NCBI GenBank assembly: GCA_031835245.2
Contig: JAVKOQ020000006.1
Span: forward strand, 248,001-312,000
DNA length: 64,000 nucleotides
Direction: 5' to 3'
Source of the DNA: Balamuthia mandrillaris
Taxonomy: Eukaryota
Position 1 is the first letter of the stretch; the number at the start of each line of letters is the position of its first letter. Both the position numbers and the translations under genes were made by a program. Under the pieces are notes generated by a model. That model saw only the letters and a program-made list of their open reading frames with translations, did no database searches and had not been told where the DNA came from. Positions 13,401 through 27,141 of this stretch are shown here, piece after piece.

Positions 13401-15820
13401 CAGACTTCATCCTTCTCTGCCGCGCTTGCACTCGCCATCAATAATGCTTCTTCCATCTGCTTTAGTTGCAGGACTCGTTCCTCACATCGTCTTTGTAGAT
13501 CATCCACCTGGTGCTTCGTAGCCTCCAGCACTTGATCCTTCTCTTTCAGTTGGCTGGTCAGTTGGTGGTGTGTCTCGGTGCTGGAGAGTAGCCCTGCATC
13601 TTTTTGTTGTAGAACCTCTTCCTTGGCTTTCACCTCCTCTTTTAGCTGACTAATCTCTACCAGATGTTGCTGAAGTTGCTTTTCCATCTGAGAGAGCACT
13701 CCTTCTTTCCGTGTAAGCTGTTCAATACCAGCAAGGCGCTCCTCTTCTTTCGCTTGCAGTTGCTCCTTCGCTGTTACCAGCTCGGAATGAAGTTCCTGGT
13801 TGGCGTCCTCCTTATCCTTTATTCGTTGTTCCAGTTCTTGAATTGCACGTTCCTGCCCATCCTTTCCGGTCTTCAGGCGGTCTCGCTCGTCAACAACCGT
13901 GTTATGCACCGCTTTCAGACGCTCTGTCTCGTCTTCTGTTGCTGCAACCGCTTTCTCAGCAACTAACAGCGCCTCCTTCATCTCTTCTAATTCAAGTTGG
14001 CGTTGTTTGAGTGAAGCCTCTTGCTCGGCAACGTGATCTCTCAGGGCGACAAGGCTCTCCTCTTTCTCCTTCAACGTCTGTTGGTAGTCCTCTATCTGCT
14101 TGTGCTGATCTTGCAAGGCTTTGTTATTCTGGTCAAGTGTTTGTTCCATCTCAACCAGTCGCGCATTGAGGCCGAGGTGGGATTGGGCATTCGTGGCATT
14201 GGCTCTCTCTAGTCGGTGGCTCAGGTCATCCGCCTCTTTCGCTTTCTCTTCAAGTTCTAGGGTGAGCTTTTTCTGGGCCTCTTCGCTCAACGTCAAGGCC
14301 AGCTCTTTTTGTTGGAGTGTCTCTTCTTTGGCTTCTATCCGCTCCTTCAGCCGTCCCAACTCTTCTGTTTGTGCTTGCAATGTGCTGTTGAGTTGGTCCA
14401 AGGCCTCCACCTTGACTAGCAACTCTTCCTCTTTGGCACGTGCTCTTACCTCCGCTGCTGCCAACTTCTGATCCAGTTCTCTTATTGCTTCCTCATTGGC
14501 TAGCAACTGTTTCTCACATACTTGAAGAGCTTCTTTTCTACTCTTGGCCTTGGCTTTTTGTTTGGTCTTTGCGTCTTCCACACTTGCCAAATCCTTACGT
14601 ACTGATGCAACTGAAGATAGGGCTTCTTCGAGAGCTAAGGAGGTAGTGTGGGCTTCTGTTTTCTGTTGCAGCAACTGGCTCTCCATCTCCGCTTTCAGAT
14701 CTTCCACTTCCTTTGCGTGGTTCTCTTGTTGCTCTCGTTGCTGGTCCACCCACTTTGCTTGTAATTCACCAACGCGCGCTGCTTGTTGATCGTGCTTCAT
14801 CTTTTCTGCTGCTAGTTCAGCCGCCAGACTTGCCAACTCTGCTGCCTTTCTTTCTGCTTCTTTCTCTGCCTCTGCCACCTTCAGGCTCAGTTCTTTTTTC
14901 TCTTTCTCTGCCTTATTCTTATTTTGCTCTTCCCTTTCCTCTTGCTCTTGCTTCATTGCTTGCATACGCTCTTCCAGTTCCTTGTTTCTCTTCTCCTCTC
15001 GTTCCACCGCTTCTTGCTGTTTTTTGAGTTTCTGCTCCAACTCAGCCACTTGCTTAGTGGCCTCTTCCTCCGCCTCCTTTTGCTTTTCCAACAATCCTCG
15101 CATTACAGAGATCTCCTCTTCCACCTCTTCTTCTCTCTTTTCCAATTCCTTGTCTCTGTCTTGCAACTGTTTGTTCTTGTCTTCTAACTCTTGTTGCAAG
15201 ATTGCATGCTCTGCATCCCTTTTGGCCTTATCCTCGGCCCATTGTCTCTCCTTCTCCTCTTGTTCTTTTCTCAACTTTGTAACAGTGTCCTCTGCCGACT
15301 TCAACTGCCGTTTCAAAAGATTTATCTCTTGCTCTGTTTCGCTCAACATGTCCAACGCTGCTGCTTTCTCTTCTTCCACCCTCAACCATGTATTTAGTCC
15401 TGTTATCTGCAGTCCCAGCCCATTTACTTCAGCCTTCATTTTGAGGGAAAAAGAGAGCGAGAGAAGAGAAAAGAGAGAGGGAACCAACCCAATACTTCCG
15501 TTCTTCTTCGTTGGCGGCCATCAGCTCGAACACCCTCTCAGGAGTGATGATTTCAAAGGGGCAAGAGGCGTCCCTTTTGCGTTGCTCCGGCGGGAGCTCC
15601 ACCGTACGAATGAACGTGATGGCGCTGCAGTCGATGGAGCCCAAGGGGGTGTTGTCCGTTTGGGTGGCGTAGTAGTTGAGCTTGTTGCCATGCTGGAAGA
15701 ACCACCGCTTCTTGTAGGCCTTGACCAGGCCCTTCTCTCCTTTCTTTTGCAGCCAACCTTTCAACTGGGCACCCAAGCCATGGATATCGTCGTTAGCACC
15801 GTCACACCAAGAGAATACAG

Positions 15821-15899
<79 letters not shown>

Positions 15900-16007
15900 C
15901 TAAGGAAGCGAGGAGTGGTGAAGAAGTACCGGGGCTAGGGATACGGAAGAGCGTTGTGCAATGGTATAGGAAGAGGTACTGCCACGAGGCAGCACTACAT
16001 TGTCCAT
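10447..16007 (-). CDS. PH-domain + very long coiled-coil protein (paralog A, ~1700 aa)
   Basis: PH exon LKGWLQKKGEKGLVKAYKKRWF...LGSID...FEIITPERVFELMAANEEERKYW; ~1500-aa E/K/Q coiled-coil exon; C-terminal ELFFSMAMAIKLN...WNGWI domain. The start codon is uncertain. Confidence 0.85.
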
Positions 16008-16506
16008 ATCGCCGTTGGCCTCTCGTCGACTCCTTTTCCCAACAGCAACGGTGGTAGTACCTCACCGTCTGGTCAGCCCGACTGTTACGTTACTGCGATG
16101 ATTGCTGCCCGCCGCCACTCCGGTAAAGACTGTAAGCAAGGCGGCCACCAGCGAAACCCTTCCAACAAACGTTATCAAGCTTCGAAGGAAAGGCGTTCTT
16201 TTCCGTTTCCTCCTCTTTCTCCCTTTTGCCTTTCTTTTTCTTGTGGCGGCGGCGGTGTGGTGGGTTGGTTGGGGATAAGAAAAGGCAAGCATCATCATGC
16301 GCGAGCTCTCTTTATTTTTCTGTCGACAGAGGAAGGGGGGCAAGCATGTTCCCCGTCGCGTGGGGCATACCGCGCGCACACGAGTGCGTTGATAACGGGT
16401 GGATAGACAGACAGAGAGGAGACACATTGTTGGTGGTTGTGGGTGGCGAGGCAGGTTTCCCAATAATAATAATAAAAATAATAATAATAATAATAGAGAG
16501 GAGAGC

Positions 16507-19205
16507 TCACTTGGAAAGCTGTGCGTAGATCCAGCCGTTCCATTGTTGATAGTGAAGGTTCTGGGCCATGGCCCGCTCGTACAGAGTCATGATGTTTTGG
16601 GTGCAGCGCTCCCCGCGCATGCTCAAGTTCAGCTTGATGGCCATCGCCATGGAGAAGAACAGCTCTCGTTGCATTTTCTCCAGCTCGCTTTCCAAGAATT
16701 TCACTTTCTCTTTCTCTTTCACTTTCACTTTCACTTTCTCTTTCTCTTTCTCTTTCTCTTTCTCTTTCTCTTTCTCTTTCTCTTTCTCTTTCTCTTTCTC
16801 TTTCTCTTTCTCTTTCTCTTTCTCTTTCTCTTTCTCTTTCTCTTTATCTTTCTCTTTCTCTTTCTCTTGTTGTTCGCTTGCCGTGGTGGAGGATACGGCG
16901 GAGAGCAACTGATCATGCAACTCTTTGTTCTGTTGTTGAAGGTGATTGTTCTCTGCTCGCAACTGCTCTACTTCTCTCTCAGTCTCCTGGAATTTGAGCA
17001 AGTTCATCTTCAATTCCACCAATTCTCTCTTCTCGTTCTCCCTTTCTTCTCGATCATCATCTTCTTCATCGTCATCCTTGGTGGTTTTTTGCTGACTTCT
17101 CAGTTCGTCTAGCTTTGATTTCTTTTTCTCTAATCGTCGCTCGAGTGCCTCATTGTCTTCCTTCAACCGTCCCAACTCTTGCAAGTCCTTTTGCTGTTTG
17201 CGCAGGTCATCCTTGAGTTGGTGAACCTCTTCCTGGGAGTGCCCCAATTTCTTCCCTAGAGTCGCTTTTTCTTGTCTCTCTTCAGCTAGCTCGGCCTGAG
17301 CTTGAGCCAAGGCCTCCTCCAGAGAGAGACATCGCATCTTCACTTCCATTCTCTCTTTGCTGGCTTCTTCCTCCGTGTTGCCCATTTGCTGGCTCAGCTC
17401 TTGCAGCATTCGTTGGTGCTCTTCCTTTTGTTTTTCCTTTGCTTCCTGCAGGCGTTGATACCGGTCCGCTTGTCTCTGTTCTGCCTCTTTCAAGCCCACC
17501 ACCTCCTCTGTCAACGCCAGCACGCTCTCCTCTGCCTTTGTCACGGCCTCCTTCAGCTCCTCCACTTGCTTCTGCCAGGCTTCATCCTTCTCCGCTGCAC
17601 TTTCTTTGGCTTTCGCCAATGCTTCCTCCTTTTCCGCCAAGTGCACGGCTTGCTTCTCGTATCGCTTTTGCAGGTCTTCCATCTTCTTTTTAGTAGTTTC
17701 CAACTCCTCTTCTTTGTCCTTCAAATGGGAGGTAAGCTTGTTGTATGCTTGTTCCTTTTGCTGGAGAGCCTTCTCTTTGACCTCTAAGTCGGCCTTAAGT
17801 TTGCCTTGTATTTCATCCTTTTGCTGTTGAATAACCGCTAAGCTGGACTCAGCAATTTCCCTTACACCCAACAGCTCAGCTACGCGTGCCTCTTGTTGTT
17901 CGTGCTTCTTCCTTTCTTGTGCTAGCTCCTCCTCCAGACTTGCTACCTTTTCTGTCTTTCTAGCCATTTCCTTCTCCAGCTCTGCCATTTTCTGCCTTAG
18001 TTCTTCTGTCTCCTCCTTTGCCTTCCTTAAGGCCTCCTTCTCCTCTGCCATCTTCTGGCTCAATTCTTTTTTCTCCTCTTCCACTTTCCGCCGGTTTTGT
18101 TCTTCACTTTCTTCTTGTTTTTGTTTCATTGCTTGCATGCGCTCTTCCAGTTCCTTGCTTCGCTTTTCTTCTCGTTGCACCACCTCTTCCTTTGCTCTCA
18201 GTTTTCCTTCCAGTTCTTCCACTTTCTTTGTAGCCTCTTCCTGTGCCTCCTGTTTCTTTTCCATCAACTCTCGCATCACCGATATCTCTTCTTCGACCTC
18301 TTCTTCTCGCTTTTCGAGCTCGTTGTCTCTGTCTCGCAACTGTTTGCTCCTTTCTTCCAACTGGTGCTGCAGTGCTGCAAGGTCTGTGTCCTGCTTGGCC
18401 TTATGCTCTGTCCATTGTCTCTCCTTCTCCTCCTGTTCCTTCCTCAACTGCGCCACAGTGTCTTCTGCCGACTTGAGCTGTCGTTTCAAAAGGTCGATTT
18501 CGTGTTCAGTCTCTCCTAACATGTCCAAGGCCGCTTCTTTCTCCTCCTCTGTCCGCAGCCACATGTTTAATCCGTTGATCTACCATCGACGAAGAAGCAA
18601 CAAGAAAGAAACAACTGTGTTCAGTCAATTTTGCAGAGTGCCATGGAGAAATAATAACCGCATACCCAATAGTCGCCTTCTTCTTCGGTGGCGGCCACCA
18701 ACTCAAACACTCGCCCAGGAGTGATGATTTCAAAGGGGCAAGAGGCGTCCCTTTTGCGTTGCTCCGGCGGGAGCTCCACTTTGCGGATGAACGTGATGGC
18801 GCTGCAGTCGATGGAGCCCAAGGGGGTGTTGTCCGTTTGGGTGGCGTAGTAGTTGAGCTTGATGCCATGCTGGAAGAACCACCGCTTCTTGTAGGCCTTG
18901 ACCAGGCCCTTCTCTCCTTTCTTTTGCAGCCAACCTTTCAACTGGAGGAGACCCAACAACCAAGAGGGAACAAGTGGTGTTTGTTCACGCGCCAAAGGAG
19001 GAGCAGCAAGGTGGAGGAGGAGGAGGAATGGTGAGGAGGAGGAACGAAGGAACGAAACTAACGGTGTAACAAAAAGAAAGGGAAAAAAAACACAATAGAA
19101 AATACGAACCGGAGCAAGCGATATGGAGGAGCGTTGCCTGGCCAGAGCGGAAGGCACCCCAACAGGGAGGGAGGAGAGAGTGCTGCTGCGCTTTCCTCTC
19201 TCCAT
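16507..19205 (-). CDS. PH-domain + coiled-coil protein (paralog B, ~800 aa), tandem duplicate
   Basis: Same PH exon and C-terminal domain as paralog A, with a shorter coil and a (KE)n tract encoded by a (TTTCTC)n repeat. Confidence 0.85.
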
Positions 19206-19481
19206 TCTCTCCGCTTCTGCCGCAAGGTGGTGGTGGTGGTGGGTGGTGGGTGGTGGGTGGTGGGTGGTGGGTGGTGGGTGGTGGGTGGTGGGTGGTGGGT
19301 GGTGCGGGGAGCAGGCTTGGCTTTTGGTTTCCGTGAGTCTATTAGCCCCGTATACCATTCCCTTCCCCCCTCTTATCCTATTATTGTGTCTGATGGAAGT
19401 GGCGCTGTACTGGACAACCTATTAGCACAAAGCAGCTAAAACGAAGAGGCAAAAGCACCAAGCAGCAGCAGCAGCAGGAGC

Positions 19482-22150
19482 ATGAGGAGGGGGAGCAGCA
19501 GCAGGAGCAGCAGCAGGACATCCACTACGGCGGCGGCGGCTGCTGCTGGTGGTGGCAGCGGCCAAGAAGAAGAAGAAGAGGGAGGAGGAGGCGTGGCGGG
19601 GAAGTGGCTACCGCGTGTGGTGGGGGTGCCCCGACCATGGGACCAGTTTGTGAATATCCTGCAAAGGCCGAGCGGGGCGGAGGGAGCCGCCATGGCCTGG
19701 CTGGAGGAGCTTCACCCTTACCTGCCGCTCTCCCTCGCTGAACAACAACAACAACAACAAGAAGAAGAAGAAGAAGACGCTGGTGGTGTGGCTTCCAACA
19801 ACCACTACGGCGGTAGTGGCACCACACGCTTCTCCTCCAGAAGCAGCCATGCTGTGCCCTCTGTGGGGCTGGCTGACTTTGGCGTGTTTCTGGACTATCT
19901 CTGCCAATACAGCTGCTGCTCCCCGTGCAGAGCTGCCCCCCAGGTTAGGTTGTGTTTTGTAGCTTTGGAGTGCTTTCATGCCCTCTCCTAACGTAGAGGC
20001 CAACAACAGCCAAAGAGAGAGGAGAATACACCGCTTGCCACACATAGTGCAGAGGAACCTGCTGTCCTTCCTTTGCTGTTATGGTGAGAGGCTGCCAGCT
20101 GCACTGCTGGCCTCCTTCTGGGCCAAAGCTTTTGGTGGCGGCGGCGGTGGGCCAAGAGCTCGTCCGGTCTCTGGGGGTGAGTTTGTCGGAGAGCAAGCCC
20201 TCCTTCAACCAAGAACTTGGCTGCTATGCCTTGCCACAAGACTGAAAGAGCAACTGCTGTACCGTGGTGCGTTGGACCTCTCAACCTGCTGCTTTCTTGG
20301 GTATAACCATTTTATGCTGCACTGCAGATCCCTCGTTGAAGCAAGTGCTAGCGGAAGAAGAGGAGGAAGAAGAGGTGCTTGATTATGTGGCCAGTTGGTC
20401 TGCAGAGAGCAGATCAGGCCTGGAAAGGGCTATCGCAATGTCTTGTCAATCTCCTCCCACCCTTGCCGAGGACTTTCAATTCCCCAAAGACGTAATAGGT
20501 GCTTCGCCCTTATCTTAATTGTTCATTCAGTCTTATTCTTGCCTCCCTCATACTCCTGCTGCGCGTTTTGTGTGTATGGTCACGCCTCTTAGACTTGTTG
20601 CCAGAACTTGCCAAGTACTCCCCTGAGCTGATGCAAGTTCTTGAAGCACATTCACAAAAGGCTGAACCGACGCAGTCAGTTGGCCAACTGGAAGAAGAAC
20701 AAAAAGTTATCGTGATATCAGGACGAAAGGAAAAAGGCAAAGAGAAATTGGGCATTCAGCCCTCGAACGAACTGAATAAATCAACGACATCAACGATGGA
20801 AGTTCCTGTCACAGAAGCTGAAGGCAGCGTTATCTCCCTTTCTGAAGAGCTACCGCTGCAGCAGATGGAGGCCAGCGAAGGAGACACGCTGACGACTGTT
20901 GATATGCTCGATACCAAAACAGAGGAGGAGATTGCCCAGGTCAAACTTATGATCGATAACTTGGACGCAGCAACGTTACAAGCCCAGTCGCTCGCGACAC
21001 CTGAAGCCAAGCGGTTGCTCACTTTGCTGAACGAGTTACAAGTTTGTATTGGTTTGGTTTTGTACCATGTCGACTTGTCTCATTTTCTCTATCTTATAGT
21101 TGGACGTAGTGTGCGAAAAGCTGTCTCTCAGCGCTGCCACCGAAGAAATATTAGCTTACGTGACAAATTTGTACTTGCTACTCAGTGAGCCAAGTTATCA
21201 CAAGTCAGTTGATTACTTGCGGTGTTGTATATTACCAAAGGTATGCTTCTCTTGGAGAGCCTTTTTTTTTGTTTTTTGGTATTCATTTACCCATTACTAC
21301 AATGTGGTGGTTTCAGATCCGAAGTCTTGAGAGTGCTGCATCTCGTTCTTTATCCGCAATGATGGTGGCTATTGCTCAGAAACATCCGACAGCCACCATT
21401 GATGCGCTATTGGTGCCTCTCGTCCTCGACTATGATTCATTTGGTAGACTTATCAGTATTTATTGTTTTTTTTAATCCTGATTAGTTTCACTCATGTTTT
21501 TCTATAAAGCGTTGCCACAGAGTGCTATTGTAAATAAAGTGTTGAAGGAATGCCTTAGTCCAACGCAGGTCCACACCTTTCTCAAGTATGTCTACCTACC
21601 CTCAAAATTTGAAACGGGGTGAATAACCTAACACGCACTCGCTTATGCGCCTTCTCTTTCTCTATATGGCGTCGCTATTCCCAAAGAAACTTCTTATCAT
21701 CTGCAGATAAACAAAGTGCGGCCGCAGAGCTTGATACGTCGTTCTCGCAATCCCAAGAAATGGAGGCTACACAAGGAAGCATCATAACCGCGGACGCAAT
21801 ATCACCATGGACAGACCAAACTATAATGATATTGCAAAATGTTCTTGCCATGAAACAAATGCAATGCAGCCAGGACACGATTGCTCTTTTGTTAGAGCAA
21901 CTGGCAAAGCATGCGGTACCTTTGGCCAAGTCCACCAAGTTAACTGCCCTTATATTGCTTCTGGTGACCAATCACTTCGAACAGGTAGTGTAGTGTTATT
22001 GTTGTTGAAGTAATGTTACCCGTTTATGTCATATTCACCGCTCTAATACTGGAGCAGGTCCAGCCGCACAAGGCGTTTCTGGAGCGGATAGCTCATCAGC
22101 TTGACAACTTCATGAAGAAGAACCTGCTTGCCAAAATCAGCCAACTCTAA
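19482..22150 (+). CDS. FANCE: Fanconi anemia group E protein homolog, multi-exon
   Basis: RLPHIVQRNLLSFL resembles the FANCE N-domain; ILPKIRSLESAASRSL...LLVPLV and AKSTKLTALILLLVTNH...NFMKKNL resemble the FANCE C-terminal repeats. Recognised from memory of the family. Confidence 0.75.
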
Positions 22151-22240
22151 TAATCTGCTTAGATGTCACAACGAACCAAAAACCCTACCAGACTCTGTGG
22201 CTGCACACGGCATAAAGAAGAGAACTGCATTGAGGGAGGC

Positions 22241-22350
22241 AGGACGAGAGCTAGGACGGGAGATAAGATGAGAGCTAGGACGGGAGATAAGACGAGAGAT
22301 GGACGAGAGATAGGACGAGAGATAGGACGAGAGATAGGACGAGAGATAGC
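22241..22350. repeat. 12-bp minisatellite (GGACGAGAGATA-like, ~9 units)
   Basis: Directly visible tandem units downstream of FANCE. Confidence 0.85.
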
Positions 22351-22896
22351 GGGAAACATGAGGGTTCGTAAAGAGGCTAAATGAATTAATAGAGGGGGGG
22401 GGGGGCATTACCGTTACCCACCCTCACCCACCACCACCAAAAAGGGGGGCAGCCCAAAGAAACGCAGTATCGTCTATCTGCCTTCTCCTCCTCCTCCTAT
22501 TCAGGGCCAAGTGGAGAGGCCTTCTCTTTACCTTTCATAGGCTCCTACCTCCCCTTGCCTGCCTGCCTTACGAAAGATTATTTTCTCCTTATTTTTGGCT
22601 ACCTTTTTGTTGGTAGCAAGCAAGCAGCATTACCCACAGCAACTTTGCCCGTTAACGAGGCTGGCCCAACACAAACAAAAGAAGAAGGAAGACGACCAAT
22701 TTTGTTTGTTTTTTTTTTTTTAATTTGCAAGGTTGCCGGAGAGAAGAGCAAGCACTCAGGAAGGAGTCGTGAAGAAGGAAGAGGACAAGGCAAGGAACTC
22801 TCTGGGTGGTGCAAAGAGAAAGGTTCTCTTAAAGACCTCAAAATTTTGTTTTTTTTATAAAGGAAAAGGGAGAAGAAGGAGGAGGACGGCGCCGCT

Positions 22897-25800
22897 ATGT
22901 CATCCAAGGACAGTAATGGTACCTCCAAGCTCAGACGAAGCCAGAGCAAAGGCCCTTCCGGCCGACGGCAGACGCGCTCCGCCTCCAGAGAACGAGGCGG
23001 CAAGAACAGCAACAAGGTGAACCCCTCCGGCTCCAAGCTCTCCACCGCCACCTCCACCAACAAAACCAGCGGCGCTTCCAGCAAGAAGAAGAAAGCCACA
23101 CAGCAACCACAACCCCAACCACCACAGCAACAACCACCAGCTGGAGACTCCCAACAACCGCCACAAAACATGTCGCCCAATACCTTAAGAAGAGTGTACA
23201 GCGTTCACAACTTCAGAAGCGGGCAAGGCGGTCGCTTGGGCGTGTCTGAAACGAGCCTCCTGCTCAACCAACAACATCAATTGCAAACACAGAACAAGGA
23301 TGGAGCGGAGACAATGCGAGGACGCAGCCGCTCCCCCAAGCGCGCCCCTTCCTCCCCACGAGAAAGAAAAGGCAGAACGTCGTCCTCCACCCGCCCCACC
23401 ACAGCAACCAACAAAACCAATGCTTCCTCTCCCTCCACCTCTTCTTCTTCAGCTTCTACAACAAACAACAGCAATGCAACAGGATCGGCTTTGACCAACA
23501 GCGGCCGTTCCTCGACGCTAAGAAAAGCCGCGGTGGAGAAAAAGGCAGCAGCCAGCCCAAGCGCTGCGTGGGACTTGCTGGGAGTGCCGAACCTGGTGCT
23601 GGGGCATGGGCAAGGCGAAAGCCAAGAGGAGCAAGGCAAAGAGGGAGGAGATCGCAGCCTCAAACGGCTAAGCCGCAGCCAGAGCGTTGTCTCCAAAGGA
23701 ACAAAGGATGGGGACGTGCGGTCCGCCAAGTGGTTGCTCAAGAACTACTATGCCTCTCAGTCTGACGGAAGCGGTGACTCCTTCTTTTCCCTTTCTGACG
23801 GCTGCAGCAGCGGCAGTATTGACGTTGATGGTGTTCCTGACTTTTTGTCATGTGTAGAAGGAGGAGATGCTGCGGTGCCTCCTGGTATAGTGGTAGGCGT
23901 TAGACCACCACCTCTCACATCTCCCAGGCGAGAAAGTCTCAGCTCTCTGTTTGACGGAGGTGAGGGAAGCGGGGGCATGCTTTCTCCTCGTGGAAGTCCT
24001 CGTGCAAGTGGCAACGGGACAGATGATGGCCCTCTCTCGCCCAGAGGAAGCCCCGCTCTTCCTCCTCGGGATGATGAGCACAGTGCTGAAGGAAATGCTC
24101 GGCAAAACAGAAGCGGCATCAGGGCCTGTTCCTTTGACGCAGAAGACCTACAGAGCAACAGACAGGGGAGCGATGGGCAGCTTCTCGCCTCATTGCCGGA
24201 CCCTGTCCTCGAACGGATAAAGATGAAACAACAGCAGCAGGAGGATAGCAATGGTTCGGCAGCACAGGATAACGTCAGACGGGGCTCCTTCTCTTCCAAT
24301 GAAAGCTTGAAACTGCAGTTGCTGGAGAGTCTAGAGAAAGGACCACCCTCCCCCCAGCCCTTGTCAGCCAGAGGACCAGCCACGGAGGTAAACCCTCTGC
24401 TGACAGCGAGCGAAAAAAAGCACCAACACCGTAGGATGGGCAGTGATGGTGCTGTTTCTGCAATCCCCGTTTGTGTTGAACGAAGAGGCAGCGATGCGTT
24501 CCCTCTATCCCTATCAGAGGAATCGGAAGGAGATCATAAAAGAGAACGGGGTATAACGCTGCTATCCACATTGGATGCTTTAAGGCTTGATGACAGCGTG
24601 GAAACCTACATGGCCATGTACGGGTTCAAAGCCCAGCGAACGGGCGATCTCACCCTCCGCAAAGGAGACCTTATATTAGTTCGCAGAAAGGAAGGAGGCG
24701 AGGCTGCCTCCTCTCACACCAACTCACCTCCTTCCGCAAAGAAAGGAGGATGGTGGCATGGTGAAACAATAGACGGCAGACGTGGCCTATTTCCTAGCAA
24801 CTACGTGGAGAAGTGGGTGGGACCTGGCCTACCTGCCCACCATTGGGGCGAGGAACAGACCACTGGCAGGAGCAGGGGCAATTCTGCCCCTGCTCCACCT
24901 TTCTCCTCTACGAAAGACTTGGAGGACGGTGCCAATGAGGAAAGTGAATCAGACGAGCCCGAGGAAAACATTTTTGACTTTACTTTTGACCCGAATCGCT
25001 TTAAGAATGAGGAAGACGATGAAGTTGTGCAACAGAACCTTGAAGCAGATGGGCGCTCTGTTCAACTCATAACGTCTGGACCGAAAGGAAAGTTAGTGGA
25101 AGTGATGGCGGCCAGAACCAACCCCGAGCCTAACTTTATTTCGGCTTTCCTTCTCACAAGAAGATACTTTATGTCCGCAACTGCATTGTTCAAGCGGTTA
25201 ATTTGGGTGTAAGCATCCTTTTTTTCCTTTCTTCGCTCGTTTTATTATTATTATGTGTATATTTAACTAATGTATGTTACGCAGATACAAACGGGAGCCA
25301 GGACCACAGGCTACCCCTGAGGAAATAGAGGATTATCAAAAGTGGGGCAAAATCATACAGGGCAGGTTTGTTCTCTCATTCCCACATTTTGGCTTCTCTT
25401 CTAGATTATTAGAGAACATTATTCATATTCAAAAACGGCTCTCGTTTAGGGTTTTGAATGTTTTTCAAAAGTGGTTAGAAAACATCTTTCAGGACTTTAT
25501 GCTGGAAAAGTATCTGTTGGAGGCTTTGGTTTTGTGGGTGCGGCAGGAATGCCATGAGAATCCATTGGCCAAGAAACTCATCAAAACTGTTAGGAAAAAG
25601 GTAATGCCCGCATTACTGATTCGTTCAAAGTTATAACTTACATATATCTCTTCTAGAAACGAGAGTTCCGCTTTAGTTTGTCGGATGCTGAGCGAGAGAG
25701 AAAACTGGAAGAGAATATAAACTTTGTGCTGGGCAATGCTGACACGAACAAAAAGAAAGAAGACAAGACAGAAGGCCACGCTAATAACACAGAAGTGGAA

Positions 25801-27027
25801 ATTAGCGAAGGCGGAGACACGACGTTAGCCGTAGTAACCGAAATAAACAACGGGACAGAAGTAGCTGTAACCAACCAAAGCATAACGAACTGTCCCGTTG
25901 TTCCCAAGAAAAAGAAACACAAGAAGCATTTCTCAGATCTGATGACACTCAAAATTCTAGATTTGAAGGATGAAAAGGACAAAGACAAGGACAAGGACAA
26001 GGACAAGGACAAGGAGGAATCAGTTCGTCACCGGCAATCCTTTGTGGACCAAGTTCGGATCACTTTTCTCAAAATCTCACCAGAGGAGCTCGCCTCTCAA
26101 CTCACGATCATCGAACAGAGCATTTTCCGAGATATATCCCCGTTAGAACTACTTTTTGGTGGCTGGAAGAAAGCCAACAAGAAAGAGCTAACACCAAACA
26201 TCATCAGGCTCATAGATTGGTTCAATAAGGTTTGCGCAGTTTCAAAACTCGCTTCTCAATAGGGTTCTAATGCTTTGTTGCCGCTAAACGAAAACAGATA
26301 ACGCGTTGGGTAGCCTCGGAGGTGGTTACCAGTTCCAACCTTAAGCTGCGAATCAGGGTGCTGACTCGCTTTATTCAAACTGCAGAGGTATTGTTGTCGT
26401 CGAGATTTTCATTATCCTTTCGTTACCTCTTTGCTTCTATTCATAACGTTTTCCCATTCAGGAATGTGTCAAGCTGCAAAATTATAATGCAACCAACGAA
26501 ATCATCTCGGCTTTGCAACTCACATGCGTGTCACGACTAAAACAAACATGGCGGGGGCTTAAGGCTACTGATTTGGCCACCTTCACGAGATTGTCTGAAC
26601 TTATGAGCCGTGAAGACAATTATCGAAATTATCGTGAGAGTCTATCCTTGGCAGCCACTCCTCGTTTGCCTTACATTGGTCAGTATTGAACTTCCTCTTT
26701 TCTTTTTGGTGATAGTTTATGGTGGTTGCTAACAGTATTCTCCTCCTTCTTCTCATAAATGTAGGCCTTCATTTGGCAGATATACTGTCACTATTGGAGA
26801 TATCGACGTGGGTGCCGTCGCCAAAGGATGCCTCTAAGAAGCACGTCAACTTCCAAAAGATGCGGAATATCGAGCGGGCGGTCAAGCCCATTCTCAGCTG
26901 CTATACCAATCCGCCCTACGAGATCAAAACCATATACAACATCCAAAGGTTCCTCATGCAGGATCTCATAACACTGGACGAGGCCAAGCTCTTTGAAGCT
27001 TCCAAAGCTTGCGAGCCCTCCAAGTGA
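22897..27027 (+). CDS. SH3-domain RasGEF (REM + CDC25 domains) with a long disordered N-terminus
   Basis: SH3 AMYGFKAQRTGDLTLRKGD...WWHG...RGLFPSNYVE; REM FISAFLLTRRYFMS...RVLNVFQKWLE; CDC25 ELASQLTIIE...WFN...WVASEV...PRLPYIG...VNFQKM. Confidence 0.92.
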
Positions 27028-27141
27028 CGGCCGCCATGCTTTCAACTCGACTCTGTCTTCTCTTCAAGCAAATGTTGTGTGTTTATTTTATTTTTTTGGT
27101 ATTGTGTACATCACCATCATCAAATATATCTTTGCCCCGCC

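Noticed and set aside
11321..18724. Many + strand Leu/Ser/Phe-rich ORFs
   Set aside because: Antisense shadows of the E/K/Q-rich coiled-coil exons.
19224..19302. (GGTGGGTGGTG)n G-rich array as telomere-like repeat or guide-1 target
   Set aside because: A simple repeat in a 5' region; it matches only the low-complexity first ~8 nt of the guide.
22241..22350. Repeat array as a possible CRISPR
   Set aside because: Contiguous 12-bp units with no spacers, in a eukaryotic context.
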